From Rhodothermales bacterium (GTDB taxonomy: Bacteria; Bacteroidota; Rhodothermia; Rhodothermales; VXPQ01): a stretch of DNA of 64,000 nt. Below the pieces are notes generated by a model. That model had not been told where the DNA came from, searched no databases, and worked only from the letters and a program-made list of their open reading frames with translations. Within the stretch, counting starts at the first letter, position 1, and the number at the start of each line of letters is the position of its first letter. Of this stretch, positions 37,830 to 49,379 are shown piece by piece. The position numbers were made by a program, and so were the translations under genes. The stretch covers positions 2,782,406-2,846,405 of the forward strand of contig OZ252093.1 in assembly GCA_965248175.1 (NCBI GenBank). The letters run 5' to 3'.

Positions 37830-38591
37830 TCACCGGTACCGTTCGAGCGTGAATTTCTCTCCCAGATACCGCTCACGCACTTCCGGGTCGTGGGCAAGGG
37901 TCTCGGCAGTGCCTTGTTTCAGAATACGTCCCTCGTAAAGCAAGCAGGCGCGATCCGTAATAGCAAGCGTCTCGTGCACGTTGTGGTCGGTAATGAGTAC
38001 GCCGATGCCGCGCGCCTTCAGGCCGGCCACCACGCCCTGGATATCTTCGACGGCGATGGGATCCACGCCGGCAAAGGGTTCGTCCAGCAAAAAGAATTTC
38101 GGCTCGATGGCCATGGCCCGGACAATCTCGGTGCGCCGCCGCTCTCCGCCCGACAAAGCATATCCTTTCGAGCGGCGCACGCGCTCAAGACCGAATTCGG
38201 CGATGAGCGTATCGACGCGGGCATGGCGCTCATCCCGCCCGATGCCCTGAAATTCGAGCACTGCATGCAGGTTATCCTCTACGGAGAGCCGCGAAAAGAT
38301 GGACGCTTCCTGGGCAAGGTAGCCGAGGCCCAGACGGGCCCGTTTGTACATCGGCATGGACGTAATGTCCTGTTCCCCCACATAAATCCGCCCTGCGTTG
38401 GGCCGAACCATCCCGACGATCATATGAAACGTGGTCGTTTTCCCGGCGCCGTTGGGGCCGAGCAGGCCCACGATCTCGCCCTGCGACACCTGGATGCTCA
38501 CGTCGTCCACCACGTTACGCTTCTTGTACCGCTTCGTGAGACACTCGGCGCGGAGCGTCACGGGGGCAGCAGGATCGCCGGAAAACGCCAT
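37830..38591 (-). CDS. lptB: LPS export ABC transporter ATP-binding protein
   Basis: Walker A 'GPNGAGKTT', signature 'LSGGERRR' and Walker B 'FFLLDEP'. Start moved to ATG 38591. Confidence 0.85.
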   Translation of the reverse strand: MAFSGDPAAPVTLRAECLTKRYKKRNVVDDVSIQVSQGEIVGLLGPNGAGKTTTFHMIVGMVRPNAGRIYVGEQDITSMPMYKRARLGLGYLAQEASIFSRLSVEDNLHAVLEFQGIGRDERHARVDTLIAEFGLERVRRSKGYALSGGERRRTEIVRAMAIEPKFFLLDEPFAGVDPIAVEDIQGVVAGLKARGIGVLITDHNVHETLAITDRACLLYEGRILKQGTAETLAHDPEVRERYLGEKFTLERYR

Positions 38592-38596
38592 ACGGG

Positions 38597-40102
38597 TCAA
38601 TCCATTGGTTCCGGAAGCGAATCGGGGGCGTCGGAAGGTCGGAAACCATTGCCCCCTTGCCATTCGACGCGCTGGAGAAATTCCCGTTTCCATGGGCGCA
38701 GCTCGGGACGCCATACGAACCCCTCGAGCGAGAGCGAATCCGGCAGAATTTCCTCCGAATAATATACGCCTTCCGTGTCGCGGATCGCTTCGAGCCGGTC
38801 GATGTCTCCCTCGCGGAAATGGAGCAGAATGCGGTCTGCGGACATATGGACGGCCCCCTCGGGCAGACCGTCCTCGCTGGTTCTGAAATGAATGGCTTCG
38901 GCTTGCGGACCCGCCGAAAGCGTACGCAGGGAATCCCGCTCAAACGCAGCCGCAATCCGTTTGCCGCGCAACTGGTGGATCCGTTTCGTCGCCGAATCCG
39001 GACGGGCCGCAAAGGCGCTTCCCAGCACAAGCAGGGTTTCCACTTCTTCGCCGCCCCCCTCGACCTGCAACGTATCTCCGCTTACCTGATTGTCCTGGAA
39101 CCAGGCCAGAGGATTGCCGAAAAACCGGGATACGGTGCGCTGGATGTCTTCCCCGTCTTCGCCCACGGTGGTTATCCTGTCGTAGACCACCGAGTCTGCA
39201 ACGGCCGTAAGGTCGCCCTGCAGAACACGCACCGAGTCGACAGCCACGAGCCGCTCCAGCGAATCCCGCCGGAACAATTCGAGAATACGGGCGCGCACCA
39301 TCAACGTATCCGCGCCAGCACCGGTCGAATCTTCCCGGATCCGCAGCAACAGAGGATTGCCTTCCATACGGCTGTAGCCGGTGCTGTCTTCGTTGTACGC
39401 CCGGTCCCCGAAAAGCAGCGACCGGACGAGCTGTCGGTTTGCCCCGGCCTGACCGGTCGTATCGACGCGTTCGACGAACACGTTGCCGCGAGCAATCGAA
39501 ATATCCGTTTCCCGATGGTAGGTCACCGTGTCCGCCCGCAGCGACGCGTTGTCTTCCACCAGGACTACATCCCCGTAGAAATCGGCCCGCTTTTCGTCCG
39601 AAAGGTATTCCCCGGCCAGACTGGTCAGCACAGCGGCGCGATCGGTCAACGTGACGCCTTCCGAAAAACGGGCGCGTTTCGAGCGGGTGAAATACAAGCC
39701 CGAAGGCGCTTCGAGCAGCACGTCTCCATCGGAAAGACGTATGCCGCCGCGCGCATGGCCCGTCTTGTCACGACTGTTGTAAAGCACCGTGTCGGCACGC
39801 AGCGTATCGCCGCGCTCGATCACCAGCACATCTCCCGTGAAAAGGATTTCCCGGCGTTCCGGGAACTGCACGGCCCGGCTCGCCCGCAAGCGTGTATCCT
39901 CCTGCTGCAAGCGCACATTTCCGATGAGACGCCGGATGCGTTCGCCCTGCTCTTCACCACCTTCCAGCAAGTCGGCGCGAACATCCACCTCCTGCAAGCG
40001 GGTGGTGTCGGCTTCCTGCGCATATAACGGCAAGGCCGCGCCCGCACCAATGCACAGACCCACCACAAGACGACATACCATGCTTCCGGCGCCGTATTTC
40101 AT
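38597..40102 (-). CDS. OstA/LptA-family periplasmic protein (long, multi-repeat form)
   Basis: 501 aa with a signal peptide and repeated OstA-like beta-jellyroll strands ('[14 protein letters not shown]', '[15 protein letters not shown]'). It lies between lptC and lptB. Confidence 0.6.
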   Translation of the reverse strand: MKYGAGSMVCRLVVGLCIGAGAALPLYAQEADTTRLQEVDVRADLLEGGEEQGERIRRLIGNVRLQQEDTRLRASRAVQFPERREILFTGDVLVIERGDTLRADTVLYNSRDKTGHARGGIRLSDGDVLLEAPSGLYFTRSKRARFSEGVTLTDRAAVLTSLAGEYLSDEKRADFYGDVVLVEDNASLRADTVTYHRETDISIARGNVFVERVDTTGQAGANRQLVRSLLFGDRAYNEDSTGYSRMEGNPLLLRIREDSTGAGADTLMVRARILELFRRDSLERLVAVDSVRVLQGDLTAVADSVVYDRITTVGEDGEDIQRTVSRFFGNPLAWFQDNQVSGDTLQVEGGGEEVETLLVLGSAFAARPDSATKRIHQLRGKRIAAAFERDSLRTLSAGPQAEAIHFRTSEDGLPEGAVHMSADRILLHFREGDIDRLEAIRDTEGVYYSEEILPDSLSLEGFVWRPELRPWKREFLQRVEWQGGNGFRPSDAPDSLPEPMD

Positions 40103-40683
40103 TCTTCGCGCACGGTCACCCGGCCTGTCATGCTCCGCAACGTATACTCGTCGAGACGCTCGTCCGCTTCCAGCGCATATCCCTGCACCTGTTCGTCAGG
40201 CGTCGAGATACGGACGAACCCGGGCATTCGAAGGGCCTCCTCGCGCTCGAACCAGACAAGATGCTCGCTCCACAGCACCTTGTCGCCCTGCGCACGGACC
40301 TCGACGTTTCCTACCGCCTCGAATCGCTTTTTATTGTCGAGAAGCGTAATCCGATCGGCGAAGACCGTAGCGGAGGAATCCCCGGCTTCATCGTAGAGCA
40401 GGACCGTCACGCGACCTCCGGTCGAGTCGTTCTGCAAGACAGTCCATGTGCTGTCCCCTGCTTCGAACGTCGCCATATGATCTGCGCGCATCTTCAAACG
40501 CGGACGCGAAGACGCATTTCCGGGAATCGTTTCCGTTACATAATACTCGGCGCCCCAGCTTTCCTGCACGGGATCCGCTTCGGAGCGAATGTCTTTCATG
40601 GCCGCGGGAGGGGCGGTCGTGCGGCCGCATGCCGCAAGCATGCCCGCGCACAGCAACAGAACAAGATTCAGACTGCAACGCAT
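40099..40683 (-). CDS. lptC: LptC-like LPS export protein (lipoprotein)
   Basis: 194 aa with lipobox 'MLAACG'. The position upstream of the OstA/lptB genes and a 4-nt overlap support the call. Confidence 0.55.
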   Translation of the reverse strand: MRCSLNLVLLLCAGMLAACGRTTAPPAAMKDIRSEADPVQESWGAEYYVTETIPGNASSRPRLKMRADHMATFEAGDSTWTVLQNDSTGGRVTVLLYDEAGDSSATVFADRITLLDNKKRFEAVGNVEVRAQGDKVLWSEHLVWFEREEALRMPGFVRISTPDEQVQGYALEADERLDEYTLRSMTGRVTVREE

Positions 40684-40899
40684 GGCATGGCGCGCCGACA
40701 GGAACGGGGAAGTGGTCCGGAGGATTTGGACAGTTCTTTACGCGCGCCGGTGCGATGGGTTCATGTTGCAAAGTTCGAGGCTCCTCACTTGTCAAGCGGG
40801 TTGTATTTCGTTATTCTCGATGCAGGGAGGCGAACGTTTACGAAATCTGTCCTGCTCATGAAGTAACCGGGGGCGCTCCCCACATCTTCACGGACCACC

Positions 40900-42690
40900 A
40901 TGGAGGGCCTTATGAGACATACGGCGAGTCTTGCGGCGGTGTTGTTGTCGGGTCTGTTGCTCATTCCCGCAGGTGCGCAGGGACAGTCTCATACCTCGGC
41001 CCCATCTTCCACGGCCCCGGCCTGGGTTGAGCATGCATGGGAGGAAGGGAGCAACGTTTTGCCCTATGCCATCGACGTAAACGATGAGAATGAGGTATAT
41101 GTAACCAAGGTAGTCCAGGACACCGTTTATCACTATTTTTATCAAGAAGTAGATTCTGTTGTCTACACACTAGGAAGCTTTATCTACGTACAAGGCAGTT
41201 TTATTGTCAGGTACGATGCCGACGGTTCGCTGCGCTGGGAGCGGGCAGGAAGCGCCCCCCGTAAGGAAACGAGATTGTTCAATACTTTTGTAGGATATGG
41301 CATAGCAGCCCGGGGCGATCGCATCTACACGAACGACGGGACGCCCCGTACGGGCAATGAGTACCATATCTCCCACGGCGGTATTATGATTAATACGTAT
41401 GCCGACGATGGAGACTCGCTCCAGACCATCTTTCTCGGGGAGTTCAGTGACAATCTTCAGTACCCACCCGCTGTGATCAATGGCCTGGGTCTCGATCGGG
41501 CCGGCAACATCTACATCGCTGGCATGTATAGCGGGATTACATACGGCAGGGACTCGCTCTTTTCCGCCCCGCACGCGCTTGTGGGTTTTCCTATAATTCC
41601 CATCGATGAGTTGGGCTATCCCGATATCTTTCTGGCCAGCTATACGCCTGAGGGCGCTATCCGATGGACCCGCCGCATGGGTGGCCCATACGCCGACCTG
41701 TTCGAGGGTCTTTTTACTGTCGATGATGACGGAAATACGTATCTCGGGGGCCAATTCCTGGACGGTGCTGTGTTCGGGGAAGGCCAGCCGAACGAGGTGA
41801 GATTTACACAAGAGGAAGTGCACTATGCTCTGGCGAGTTTTACCGCTGAGGGCGATCTGCGCTGGGTCCATACTCTGAGCGATCTGGGCATTGAAAGGTA
41901 CACGTTCTTATTCCATCGTCTTGCCGTCGATGCCGCTGGGCACCTCCTGATCGGCTGGCGGGGAACCCGCACAGGAGCCGCCTCAATCACAAAATTATCT
42001 CAGGATGGCGCCCTCCTGTGGGGCCAACAACTCCTGGCGGATAAGGTGCGCATCTCCAGCATCACGACAGATGCAATGGGCCATGTTTATGTGGGAGGCT
42101 CCTTTTCCGGCGGCTCTCTCCGACTCGGAGATACGGTGCTGCATCCCCCTGACCACGCACAGCCCCAGGAGGAAGATGGCTTCGTAGCGCACTATGACGC
42201 CGAAGGCAATCTGCGCTGGGCCGGGCACGTAACCGGAGCAGGAGAGCAAGACATCACTGCCATAGCAGTGGGTCCGTCAGGCGATCTCTATGTCACGGGC
42301 AAATTCGAAGGAACGCTTTACCTGGGGCCGGAGAAATTGGAGCACAGGGGCGCTGGCTCAAACATGTTTGTAGCGAAGTACGATGCCTCGACGATCACAG
42401 CGAGCGAGACCACCCCGGAACTCCCAAGCACTGCAACGCTGACATCGAACTACCCCAATCCCTTCACCCATTCGACGACAATCGAATACGCTTTGCCCGC
42501 GTCCGGTCGCGTACGCCTGAGCGTATTCGACATGCTGGGACGAGAGATAGCCACCCTCGTCGACGATATCCGGCATACGGGCAGGCACAACGCTGTTTTT
42601 GATGGCGCATCCTTGCCCAGCGGAACCTATCTCTACCGTCTCGAAGCCGCGGGGCAGGTACGTACGGGGCTGATGACGCTCATGAAGTGA
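40900..42690 (+). CDS. Secreted beta-propeller repeat protein with T9SS C-terminal sorting domain
   Basis: Signal peptide, repeated 'G.VYVGG.F.G' SBBP-like blades and C-terminal 'NYPNPFTHSTTIEYALPASGRVRLSVFDMLGREIATLVD...GTYLYRL'. Confidence 0.85.
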   Translation: MEGLMRHTASLAAVLLSGLLLIPAGAQGQSHTSAPSSTAPAWVEHAWEEGSNVLPYAIDVNDENEVYVTKVVQDTVYHYFYQEVDSVVYTLGSFIYVQGSFIVRYDADGSLRWERAGSAPRKETRLFNTFVGYGIAARGDRIYTNDGTPRTGNEYHISHGGIMINTYADDGDSLQTIFLGEFSDNLQYPPAVINGLGLDRAGNIYIAGMYSGITYGRDSLFSAPHALVGFPIIPIDELGYPDIFLASYTPEGAIRWTRRMGGPYADLFEGLFTVDDDGNTYLGGQFLDGAVFGEGQPNEVRFTQEEVHYALASFTAEGDLRWVHTLSDLGIERYTFLFHRLAVDAAGHLLIGWRGTRTGAASITKLSQDGALLWGQQLLADKVRISSITTDAMGHVYVGGSFSGGSLRLGDTVLHPPDHAQPQEEDGFVAHYDAEGNLRWAGHVTGAGEQDITAIAVGPSGDLYVTGKFEGTLYLGPEKLEHRGAGSNMFVAKYDASTITASETTPELPSTATLTSNYPNPFTHSTTIEYALPASGRVRLSVFDMLGREIATLVDDIRHTGRHNAVFDGASLPSGTYLYRLEAAGQVRTGLMTLMK

Positions 42691-44107
42691 GACCGCCCCC
42701 ACGCATCGCCTCGGCCCGCCGCTGAAGTTGGCTACGGTCCGGCTTGAAACCTGATCCGGCAAGATCGGCCGGCCATGGATAAAAAGCGTCGGGCGTCATG
42801 AACCGGGGGAGTACGGCTTCAACGGCGGCGCGTAGCCGGAACGCATTGATTTCCCCGTCCACCGTCTCGACAAAAGCCACCGGGCGCTGGTCGTATTCCT
42901 CGTCCTGCACGCCCACGACGACGACACGCTCGACCCCTTCCACACCCGCCAGAACGACCTCAATCTCCTCGGGCAGAATGTTCTCGCCGCCCGACACCAG
43001 CAGGTGATCCATGCGCCCCCGGACGATAAGCCACCCGGAAGCATCCAGCCGGCCCATGTCCCCCGTCGCGAACCATCCTTCCTCGTCAAAAGGACGCACA
43101 AGCTGATCCCCCGCAACATATCCGGCAAAGCGCGTGCGCCCCCGCACCATGATTTGTCCCCCTTCGTCGCACCGGAGTTCCCGCCAGAGCAACACCGGGC
43201 CCGATGTGCGCCAGGCCTCCGGCGCCGCGCCGGGAGGCGTGGCCGTCACTTGCGAAGCCATTTCCGTAAGGCCGTAGCTGGTATGTACAGGTATGCCGTG
43301 CCGTACGGCCTCGTCGATCAGGACCGGCGGTACAGCACCGCCCCCGAGCAACAGAGCCTTCTCCGGGTGCGCCTCCCCGGATTCCGCTTCGCGCAACAAC
43401 CGCCGGAGCTGGGTGGGCACCATGGAAGCATGGGTAACCTTCCGGACGGATTCGGCAATGGAGTCCGCCGGATCGGGCAATGCCACCGTGGCGGCGGCAA
43501 GCAGACAACGAAAAAGAATCGCAAGCCCCCCCATGTGCCAGAGCGGCAACGACAGGAGCCAGCGATCCCCGCAAACCAGCGGCATGTTGTCCTGCGCGCC
43601 CAGCGCACTGAAATAATGATTCCCGTACGTATGGAGCGCGGGACGGGCAGCGCCCGAAGACCCGGAAGTAAACACGATGGTGGCGGGAGCATCTTCGAAA
43701 AACGGCGGCGCGTTGCCAGGGTTTTCGTGCGGGCCCCGTTCAATCAGGTCTTTCGCCGCCACAGCCGTTCCAAGCGGCCGGTCGCTGACCGTAAGCGCGA
43801 CGCCCAGACTGCGGCATCGCTCGACGGTCGTAGCCTCCGGGAGGCGCATCGGGATCGGACAGGCTACCGCTCCAGCCCGTATTGCCGCAAGAAGCAAAAC
43901 CACCGCTTCCACGCTCCGGTCCATGACAAGCGCCACGCGCGCTCCCCCGCCCACCCCTTTTTCCGCCATGCGGCGGGCCGTCCCCGACACAAGGCTATTG
44001 AGTTCACTATACGACACCTCGACGCCGGGAGACGATAGCGCCGTTTCAAGGGGCGCCCGGAGCGCCGCCGTCGAAAGCAGGCAAGGAATATCCATGCGGC
44101 AGGACAA
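42680..44107 (-). CDS. menE: o-succinylbenzoate-CoA ligase (AMP-binding enzyme)
   Basis: 'IVFTSGSSGAARPA' AMP-binding motif, 'TGDMGRLD' and position in the men operon. Confidence 0.8.
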   Translation of the reverse strand: MSCRMDIPCLLSTAALRAPLETALSSPGVEVSYSELNSLVSGTARRMAEKGVGGGARVALVMDRSVEAVVLLLAAIRAGAVACPIPMRLPEATTVERCRSLGVALTVSDRPLGTAVAAKDLIERGPHENPGNAPPFFEDAPATIVFTSGSSGAARPALHTYGNHYFSALGAQDNMPLVCGDRWLLSLPLWHMGGLAILFRCLLAAATVALPDPADSIAESVRKVTHASMVPTQLRRLLREAESGEAHPEKALLLGGGAVPPVLIDEAVRHGIPVHTSYGLTEMASQVTATPPGAAPEAWRTSGPVLLWRELRCDEGGQIMVRGRTRFAGYVAGDQLVRPFDEEGWFATGDMGRLDASGWLIVRGRMDHLLVSGGENILPEEIEVVLAGVEGVERVVVVGVQDEEYDQRPVAFVETVDGEINAFRLRAAVEAVLPRFMTPDAFYPWPADLAGSGFKPDRSQLQRRAEAMRGGGLTS

Positions 44108-44111
44108 CCGG

Positions 44112-45050
44112 TTAGAAGATCCGTCCGAGACCGAAAAGCAGGCAGTATACGAGCAGAAGCCGCGATGTGGAACCCAAGAGAGGATTCAATACCGCGGGGT
44201 CACTCGTGGCGCGCAATGTCCGCATGTTGGCCAGCCCCCAGGGCGTTGCGAATAAAGCGATGAGCATCCACCAGATGCCGGCAAGCATCGCCGACACTAC
44301 GACCACTATGGCCGCTCCCGCCACGCATACGCCGTAGAGCGCCACGCCCGCACTACGCCCCCATCGCACCACCAGCGTTTTCTTCCCGGCGGCCCGGTCC
44401 TCCGCTATGTCGCGCGTATTGTTCACGAGCAGAATGGCCGTAGCGAGAAAACCCGCTCCCAACCCGGCCAGCGCAACCGGCCACGAAAATGCCAGCGCCT
44501 GCACATAGTGCGTCCCGGCCACGGCCACCGGACCGAAAAAGACCAGCACAAAAAGATCGGCAATGCCCAGGTACGCCAGCGAATAGCGCCCCGCCGAGTA
44601 GATCGCCCCGCACAAAATGGACGCCAGCCCGATGAACAGGAGAAGCCAGCCTCCGCGCACAACCAGGTACAGACCGGCCAGAAAAGCGATCAGAAAAGCA
44701 ATAGCCGCCGCGGTGCGGACAGCGCGGGGACTGGCCAGACCCGCCTGAGTGATGCGCATGGGCCCCTTTCGATCCGCCGTATCGGCACCCTGCGCGAAAT
44801 CCTGGTAATCGTTCGCATAGTTCGTACCCACCTGAATGAACACGGCAACGAGGAGTGCGCAGCACGCGGAAAGCGCATGAAATGCATCTTCCCCGAAGGC
44901 GAAGGCCGTCCCGAGCAGCACCGGGGCCACCGCGGCCCACAGCGTCTTCGGACGCGCCGCCCATATCCAGATCGTCCATTTAGGACATCCCTGTTTCAAT
45001 CGCATGGGAGACTGCCCGGCGGCGGAAGCGGATGTCGAGCGCGCGTTCAA
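44112..45050 (-). CDS. menA: 1,4-dihydroxy-2-naphthoate polyprenyltransferase
   Basis: UbiA-family membrane protein with '[12 protein letters not shown]' and '[17 protein letters not shown]'. Confidence 0.85.
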   Translation of the reverse strand: MNARSTSASAAGQSPMRLKQGCPKWTIWIWAARPKTLWAAVAPVLLGTAFAFGEDAFHALSACCALLVAVFIQVGTNYANDYQDFAQGADTADRKGPMRITQAGLASPRAVRTAAAIAFLIAFLAGLYLVVRGGWLLLFIGLASILCGAIYSAGRYSLAYLGIADLFVLVFFGPVAVAGTHYVQALAFSWPVALAGLGAGFLATAILLVNNTRDIAEDRAAGKKTLVVRWGRSAGVALYGVCVAGAAIVVVVSAMLAGIWWMLIALFATPWGLANMRTLRATSDPAVLNPLLGSTSRLLLVYCLLFGLGRIF

Positions 45051-45874
45051 GGACGATACGGGAACTGCGAGAAGTCCGGCTTGCGCTTCTCATTGAAGGC
45101 GTTGCGCCCTTCCTGCCCTTCCTCTGTCATATAGAAAAGCAACGTGGCGTTCCCGGCCAGTTCCTGCAAGCCCGCCTGCCCGTCGCAATCGGCGTTTAAG
45201 CCGGCTTTCAGGCAACGAATGGCCATTTGCGAGTTCTGCAGAATCTCCCGGCACCAGCGCACGGTTTCCTCCTCCAGCCGATCCAGGGGTACGACGGTGT
45301 TGACCAGCCCCATCTCCAGCGCCTGACGAGCATCGTAGGGACGGCACAGATACCATATCTCGCGGGCCTTTTTCTGACCTACGATGCGGGCAAGATACGA
45401 GGCCCCGTACCCCCCGTCAAACGATCCCACCTTGGGCCCCGTCTGCATGAACCGGGCGTTTTCGGCGGCAATGGTAAGATCGCATAGCACATGCAGCACA
45501 TGGCCGCCGCCCACGGCCCAGCCGGCCACCATGGCAATGACAGGCTTCGGACAACTCCGTATCTCCCGCTGAAAATCAAGCACATTCAGCCGCATAACAC
45601 CCGTGCCTTCTTCCGTATACCCGGCGTCCCCGCGAATTTTCTGGTCCCCGCCGGAGCAGAAGGCTTCCGGCCCCTCGCCGGTAAGAATAATCACGCCGAT
45701 CTCATGGTCGTCGCGCGCATCCTGAAGCGCGTCGCGCATCTCTGTGACCGTAAGGGGGCGGAAGGCATTGCGTACTTCGGGGCGATTGATGGTGATCTTT
45801 GCGATCCCCTCCGCCTTGTGATACGTGATATCCCGGTAGGATTTCGCTGCTTGCCAGTCTATTGCAGGAGTCAT
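45047..45874 (-). CDS. menB: 1,4-dihydroxy-2-naphthoyl-CoA synthase
   Basis: Crotonase fold with 'AFCSGGDQK', '[17 protein letters not shown]' and '[11 protein letters not shown]'. Confidence 0.9.
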   Translation of the reverse strand: MTPAIDWQAAKSYRDITYHKAEGIAKITINRPEVRNAFRPLTVTEMRDALQDARDDHEIGVIILTGEGPEAFCSGGDQKIRGDAGYTEEGTGVMRLNVLDFQREIRSCPKPVIAMVAGWAVGGGHVLHVLCDLTIAAENARFMQTGPKVGSFDGGYGASYLARIVGQKKAREIWYLCRPYDARQALEMGLVNTVVPLDRLEEETVRWCREILQNSQMAIRCLKAGLNADCDGQAGLQELAGNATLLFYMTEEGQEGRNAFNEKRKPDFSQFPYRP

Positions 45875-47847
45875 GGGTCAAGGTTGTTGGTAAACACGGG
45901 AACGGCGTCTGCAAACCGTTCGCAGATCAGGGCTTCAAGCCGCCGGTGCAGCTGCAGGTTTTCGGCGCGATCGGTCGTCACCTCGATCACCTGAGCGCTG
46001 CCGGACGCGAGCGCCCCGGCGTACGCTTCAGACAAGGCATCCATATCCCGAACGTGGTCGTAACCGAGGCCGAACATGTGCGCTGCGTGTTCGAAACGAT
46101 ACGGGTGCGGCGTCCCGAACATGGGCTCGAACGCCTCGCCGCAACGAGCTACGGGAAGAAACGAAAAAATACCTCCGCCGTGGTTGTTGATTACTACGAT
46201 AACGACCGGCTCCGGTGCAGACGCCGCCAGGGCCAGGCTGTTCAGGTCGTGCAGCAATCCGAGGTCACCCACCAGCAGAGTAACCGGCGCTCTGCGCCCG
46301 TACGCCAGTCCGACCGCCGTAGCCACGGCGCCGTCGATGCCGGAAGCGCCGCGATTGGCGGCTACGAACGGCGCCCTGCCGGCAGTATCCCCGAACATAT
46401 CCATGTCCCGGATCGGCATACTGCTTGCGAGCACGAGCGTGGCCTCGTCGGGCGTATGCCGCGAGAGAAACCGGGCCACAGCAGGCTCGGAAAGATCGCC
46501 CGGCATATGTTCGTCCATCATGCGGGCCACGGCTTCGGAGGCAGCCGCCCAACTCGCCGCCCAACTTGCCGGCCAGTCCGTGCTGCCAGTCTCCTCGCCC
46601 TCTCCTGGTCCCTTTTCCAGATGATCGATAACGGACAGACAGAAAGGCGCAATACCGGTTTCGATATACTCCGTTACGCAATGACCGGGGTCCATCCGGT
46701 CGGGAGATTCGCGCACCACCGCAAACAAGGCGGGACGCACATCGGCCAACCAGAAATTCAGCCGCGTCGATACGGTTGCACCGCCGAAATACAATACGGC
46801 GTCCGGCGCATGGGATGCCCGGAACGCTTCGCTCACCAGCGCCAGATCGTACCGCGAAGCCATCATGCCGCCGTCTTCCGCCACCCCGTCCGTATACCAA
46901 TCCGCAGACGATGCGCCCGAAAATCGGAGCTGCGAACACACATCGGGAAGCAGCGGCCAGCCCAGTTTGCCCGCCAGTCGCCGGACCGCATCGGCCTGGG
47001 TCCGGGTGTGGAGACGCCCGGCCACGACCAGCCCGCGTCTGGCCCGGCGCAGGTCCTGCGCAAGAACCTCCGATCGAGGTACATCGAAGAAATGCGTTAT
47101 AGGAGTTTTTGAAATGTCTGTGGCCGATTCAGGCCCGGAAATAGGAGTTTTTGAAATGTCCGCAGCCGATCCAAGCCCGGAAATAGGAGTTTTTGAAATG
47201 TCTGCGACCGAGCCGTACCGGGTATACGGGGTCTCCGAATCCCGCCATGCTTGCAGTCCGTTGAGATAGCCTGCGTGGCGTGGACCGTCCGGGCCGGGAA
47301 CCAGCGGCTCGCGGTACATCACGTTGAGATGAACCGGACCGGCAGGCATACGCGTTGACCGGTACACGGCCTGATCCGCCGTGGTAAGCACGACCGCCGG
47401 GTCGATAGCCGGATCCGGGGTGGGCAGGTCGAATTGCCACCGCACATAGTTCCCGAAAATCTTTACCTGATCGATGGTCTGATTGGCGCCGGTAGCTCGC
47501 AGTTCCGGGGGACGATCCGACGTAACGAGCAGCATTGGTACCGCGTCCATCGACGCTTCCACCACGGCGGGCATACCGTTTGCCACCGCCGTTCCGGAGG
47601 TCGTAATCCATGCGGCAGGGCGCCGGGTGGCGCGCCCGTACCCGAGAGCGCAGAACGCGGTACCCCGCTCGTCATAGTGCATGATGCACTGCGCCCGGGG
47701 ATGGGCAGCCACGGCAAGCGCCAGCGGAGCGCTCCGGGAGCCCGGTGCGATGCAGAACAGGCCGACGCCGGCGCGAATCAACTCTTCAACGAGAAGATCG
47801 GCCCATATCTGGTTGATGCCGGACGGTTCGGAATCGGTCATGTGCAT
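45871..47847 (-). CDS. menD: SEPHCHC synthase (ThDP-dependent), with an internal tandem-repeat insertion
   Basis: '[11 protein letters not shown]...[15 protein letters not shown]' and 'GASGIDG...[12 protein letters not shown]'. 658 aa, which is longer than the roughly 550-590 aa I recall as usual for MenD. Confidence 0.85.
   Translation of the reverse strand: MHMTDSEPSGINQIWADLLVEELIRAGVGLFCIAPGSRSAPLALAVAAHPRAQCIMHYDERGTAFCALGYGRATRRPAAWITTSGTAVANGMPAVVEASMDAVPMLLVTSDRPPELRATGANQTIDQVKIFGNYVRWQFDLPTPDPAIDPAVVLTTADQAVYRSTRMPAGPVHLNVMYREPLVPGPDGPRHAGYLNGLQAWRDSETPYTRYGSVADISKTPISGLGSAADISKTPISGPESATDISKTPITHFFDVPRSEVLAQDLRRARRGLVVAGRLHTRTQADAVRRLAGKLGWPLLPDVCSQLRFSGASSADWYTDGVAEDGGMMASRYDLALVSEAFRASHAPDAVLYFGGATVSTRLNFWLADVRPALFAVVRESPDRMDPGHCVTEYIETGIAPFCLSVIDHLEKGPGEGEETGSTDWPASWAASWAAASEAVARMMDEHMPGDLSEPAVARFLSRHTPDEATLVLASSMPIRDMDMFGDTAGRAPFVAANRGASGIDGAVATAVGLAYGRRAPVTLLVGDLGLLHDLNSLALAASAPEPVVIVVINNHGGGIFSFLPVARCGEAFEPMFGTPHPYRFEHAAHMFGLGYDHVRDMDALSEAYAGALASGSAQVIEVTTDRAENLQLHRRLEALICERFADAVPVFTNNLDP
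47101..47213. repeat. Tandem repeat, 2.7 x 42 nt, in frame inside menD
   Basis: The unit aggagtttttgaaatgtctgtggccgattcaggcccggaaat occurs at 47101 and 47143, with a partial third copy from 47185. It encodes '([14 protein letters not shown])n'. Confidence 0.9.
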
Positions 47848-47915
47848 CGCTGCATTTCATCTGCCTGAAAATATAGCACACGGACCGGGGCGGTGCACCC
47901 GGTAAAAACCCCATC

Positions 47916-49379
47916 TCACTCCAGCACCCCCAGAATATCGCTGATCTTTTGTTCGATTTCTCTCCATTCGGAAGCCGGATCGGATCCCTCCACAATCCCG
48001 GCGCCGGCAAACAGAAACAAGGTGCGGTCCCGGACGAGACCGCACCGGAGCGCCACGGCAAACTCCGCTCCCTGAGGACCTATCCATCCTACCGGCCCCG
48101 CATACCAGCCCCGGTCGAAATCTTCCAGATCGCGGATGGCCGCCAGCGCGGGCTCGACAGGATATCCGCCCACGGCGGGCGTGGGATGGAGCGCCTCCAT
48201 GACATCGCTTCCGTGCACGGCGCGATTCAACAGGCCGCTGCTGCGCGAAACGAGATGCCACCTTCGGGCTTGCTGCAAGCCGGATGCCTCTTCGTCTATC
48301 CGAAATTCCTGACACAACGGATCGAGCACCTTGCGAATGCTCTCCCGCACGTAAGCATGCTCGCGCTGGTCCTTTGCACTGGCAAGCAACGAGGCCAGAG
48401 CCCGGGCGTCTTCGCCCTCCGTATCGCCCCGTACACAGGTACCGGCCACTGCTTCCGTTCGTATGTACCGCCCGCTGCGATGGAAAAGGCGCTCCGGGGT
48501 AGCCCCCACAAAGACAGCCCCGGGCTCGAACTGAAACCCGTAATGAAAACAATTCGGGGTGGCCTCCTGAAGCTTCTTCAGCAAGACGAAGGCGTCGAGC
48601 GATTCGGAAAAGGTCAGGACCGTACGGCGGGCGAGCACCACTTTTTCGAGATGGCGGCGCTGCTTTGCGAAAGCGTCCAAAGCCCATCCAACGCTCCGCT
48701 CCCAACCTGCCCGGTCCGGCTCGTCCGTGCGCGAAAGCAAAAGCGGCATGCGCCCGCCAGAAGCCGAGCCGGCCAAACGATCCGGAAACCGGAGTCGTTC
48801 GATATCGGACAGAACCGCTTCCTTGCGGGACAGATCGCGGGGCAAAATAAGGTTACACGCCAGCACGCCCCGGTCTTCGTTCCGCATATACACAAACCGG
48901 GGCAGCGTGAACAGGAACGTCGGGAAACCTTGCCAGACCTCGTCCGTGGGAGCACCCGGATCGAACCGAAATCCCCCGAAATAGCGCGCCCGGGCATCGC
49001 TTTTCGGCAACACGGCGTCGAGCTGCGCGCGTAGCGTGCCGTATCCTGCACCCGGACCGCCCACGCACCGGTCCGCCTCGCCGATCGCCGCCGTCACCAT
49101 ACTGTCCCGCCGCCCGTGCCAGTATATTTTCGGAAGCAGGTTCTGCGCCGCAAGCCACGCGGGCGCATCAAGCGGCGCCATCGGGACGATCAGGCGCACG
49201 ATGCGCCGTTCCCCGCCGCTGTCCCCTGCCTTGTGCAAGACATCCTCCACCCGGCGCGCAAGCATGCGTTGCACATGGCCGGGATCGTCGAGGATGTCGT
49301 CGGAAACAAGAATGTCTTGTTCGTCAAGCATGCGTGCGCCGTATCCGGCCGCCTCAGTCGATGCGCTGGTAATACGCAA
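47916..49379 (-). CDS. menF: Isochorismate synthase
   Basis: Chorismate-binding core 'ALHPTPAVGGYP...GWYAGPVGW...AGAGIV'. The start may be ATG 49331. Confidence 0.85.
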   Translation of the reverse strand: MRITSASTEAAGYGARMLDEQDILVSDDILDDPGHVQRMLARRVEDVLHKAGDSGGERRIVRLIVPMAPLDAPAWLAAQNLLPKIYWHGRRDSMVTAAIGEADRCVGGPGAGYGTLRAQLDAVLPKSDARARYFGGFRFDPGAPTDEVWQGFPTFLFTLPRFVYMRNEDRGVLACNLILPRDLSRKEAVLSDIERLRFPDRLAGSASGGRMPLLLSRTDEPDRAGWERSVGWALDAFAKQRRHLEKVVLARRTVLTFSESLDAFVLLKKLQEATPNCFHYGFQFEPGAVFVGATPERLFHRSGRYIRTEAVAGTCVRGDTEGEDARALASLLASAKDQREHAYVRESIRKVLDPLCQEFRIDEEASGLQQARRWHLVSRSSGLLNRAVHGSDVMEALHPTPAVGGYPVEPALAAIRDLEDFDRGWYAGPVGWIGPQGAEFAVALRCGLVRDRTLFLFAGAGIVEGSDPASEWREIEQKISDILGVLE

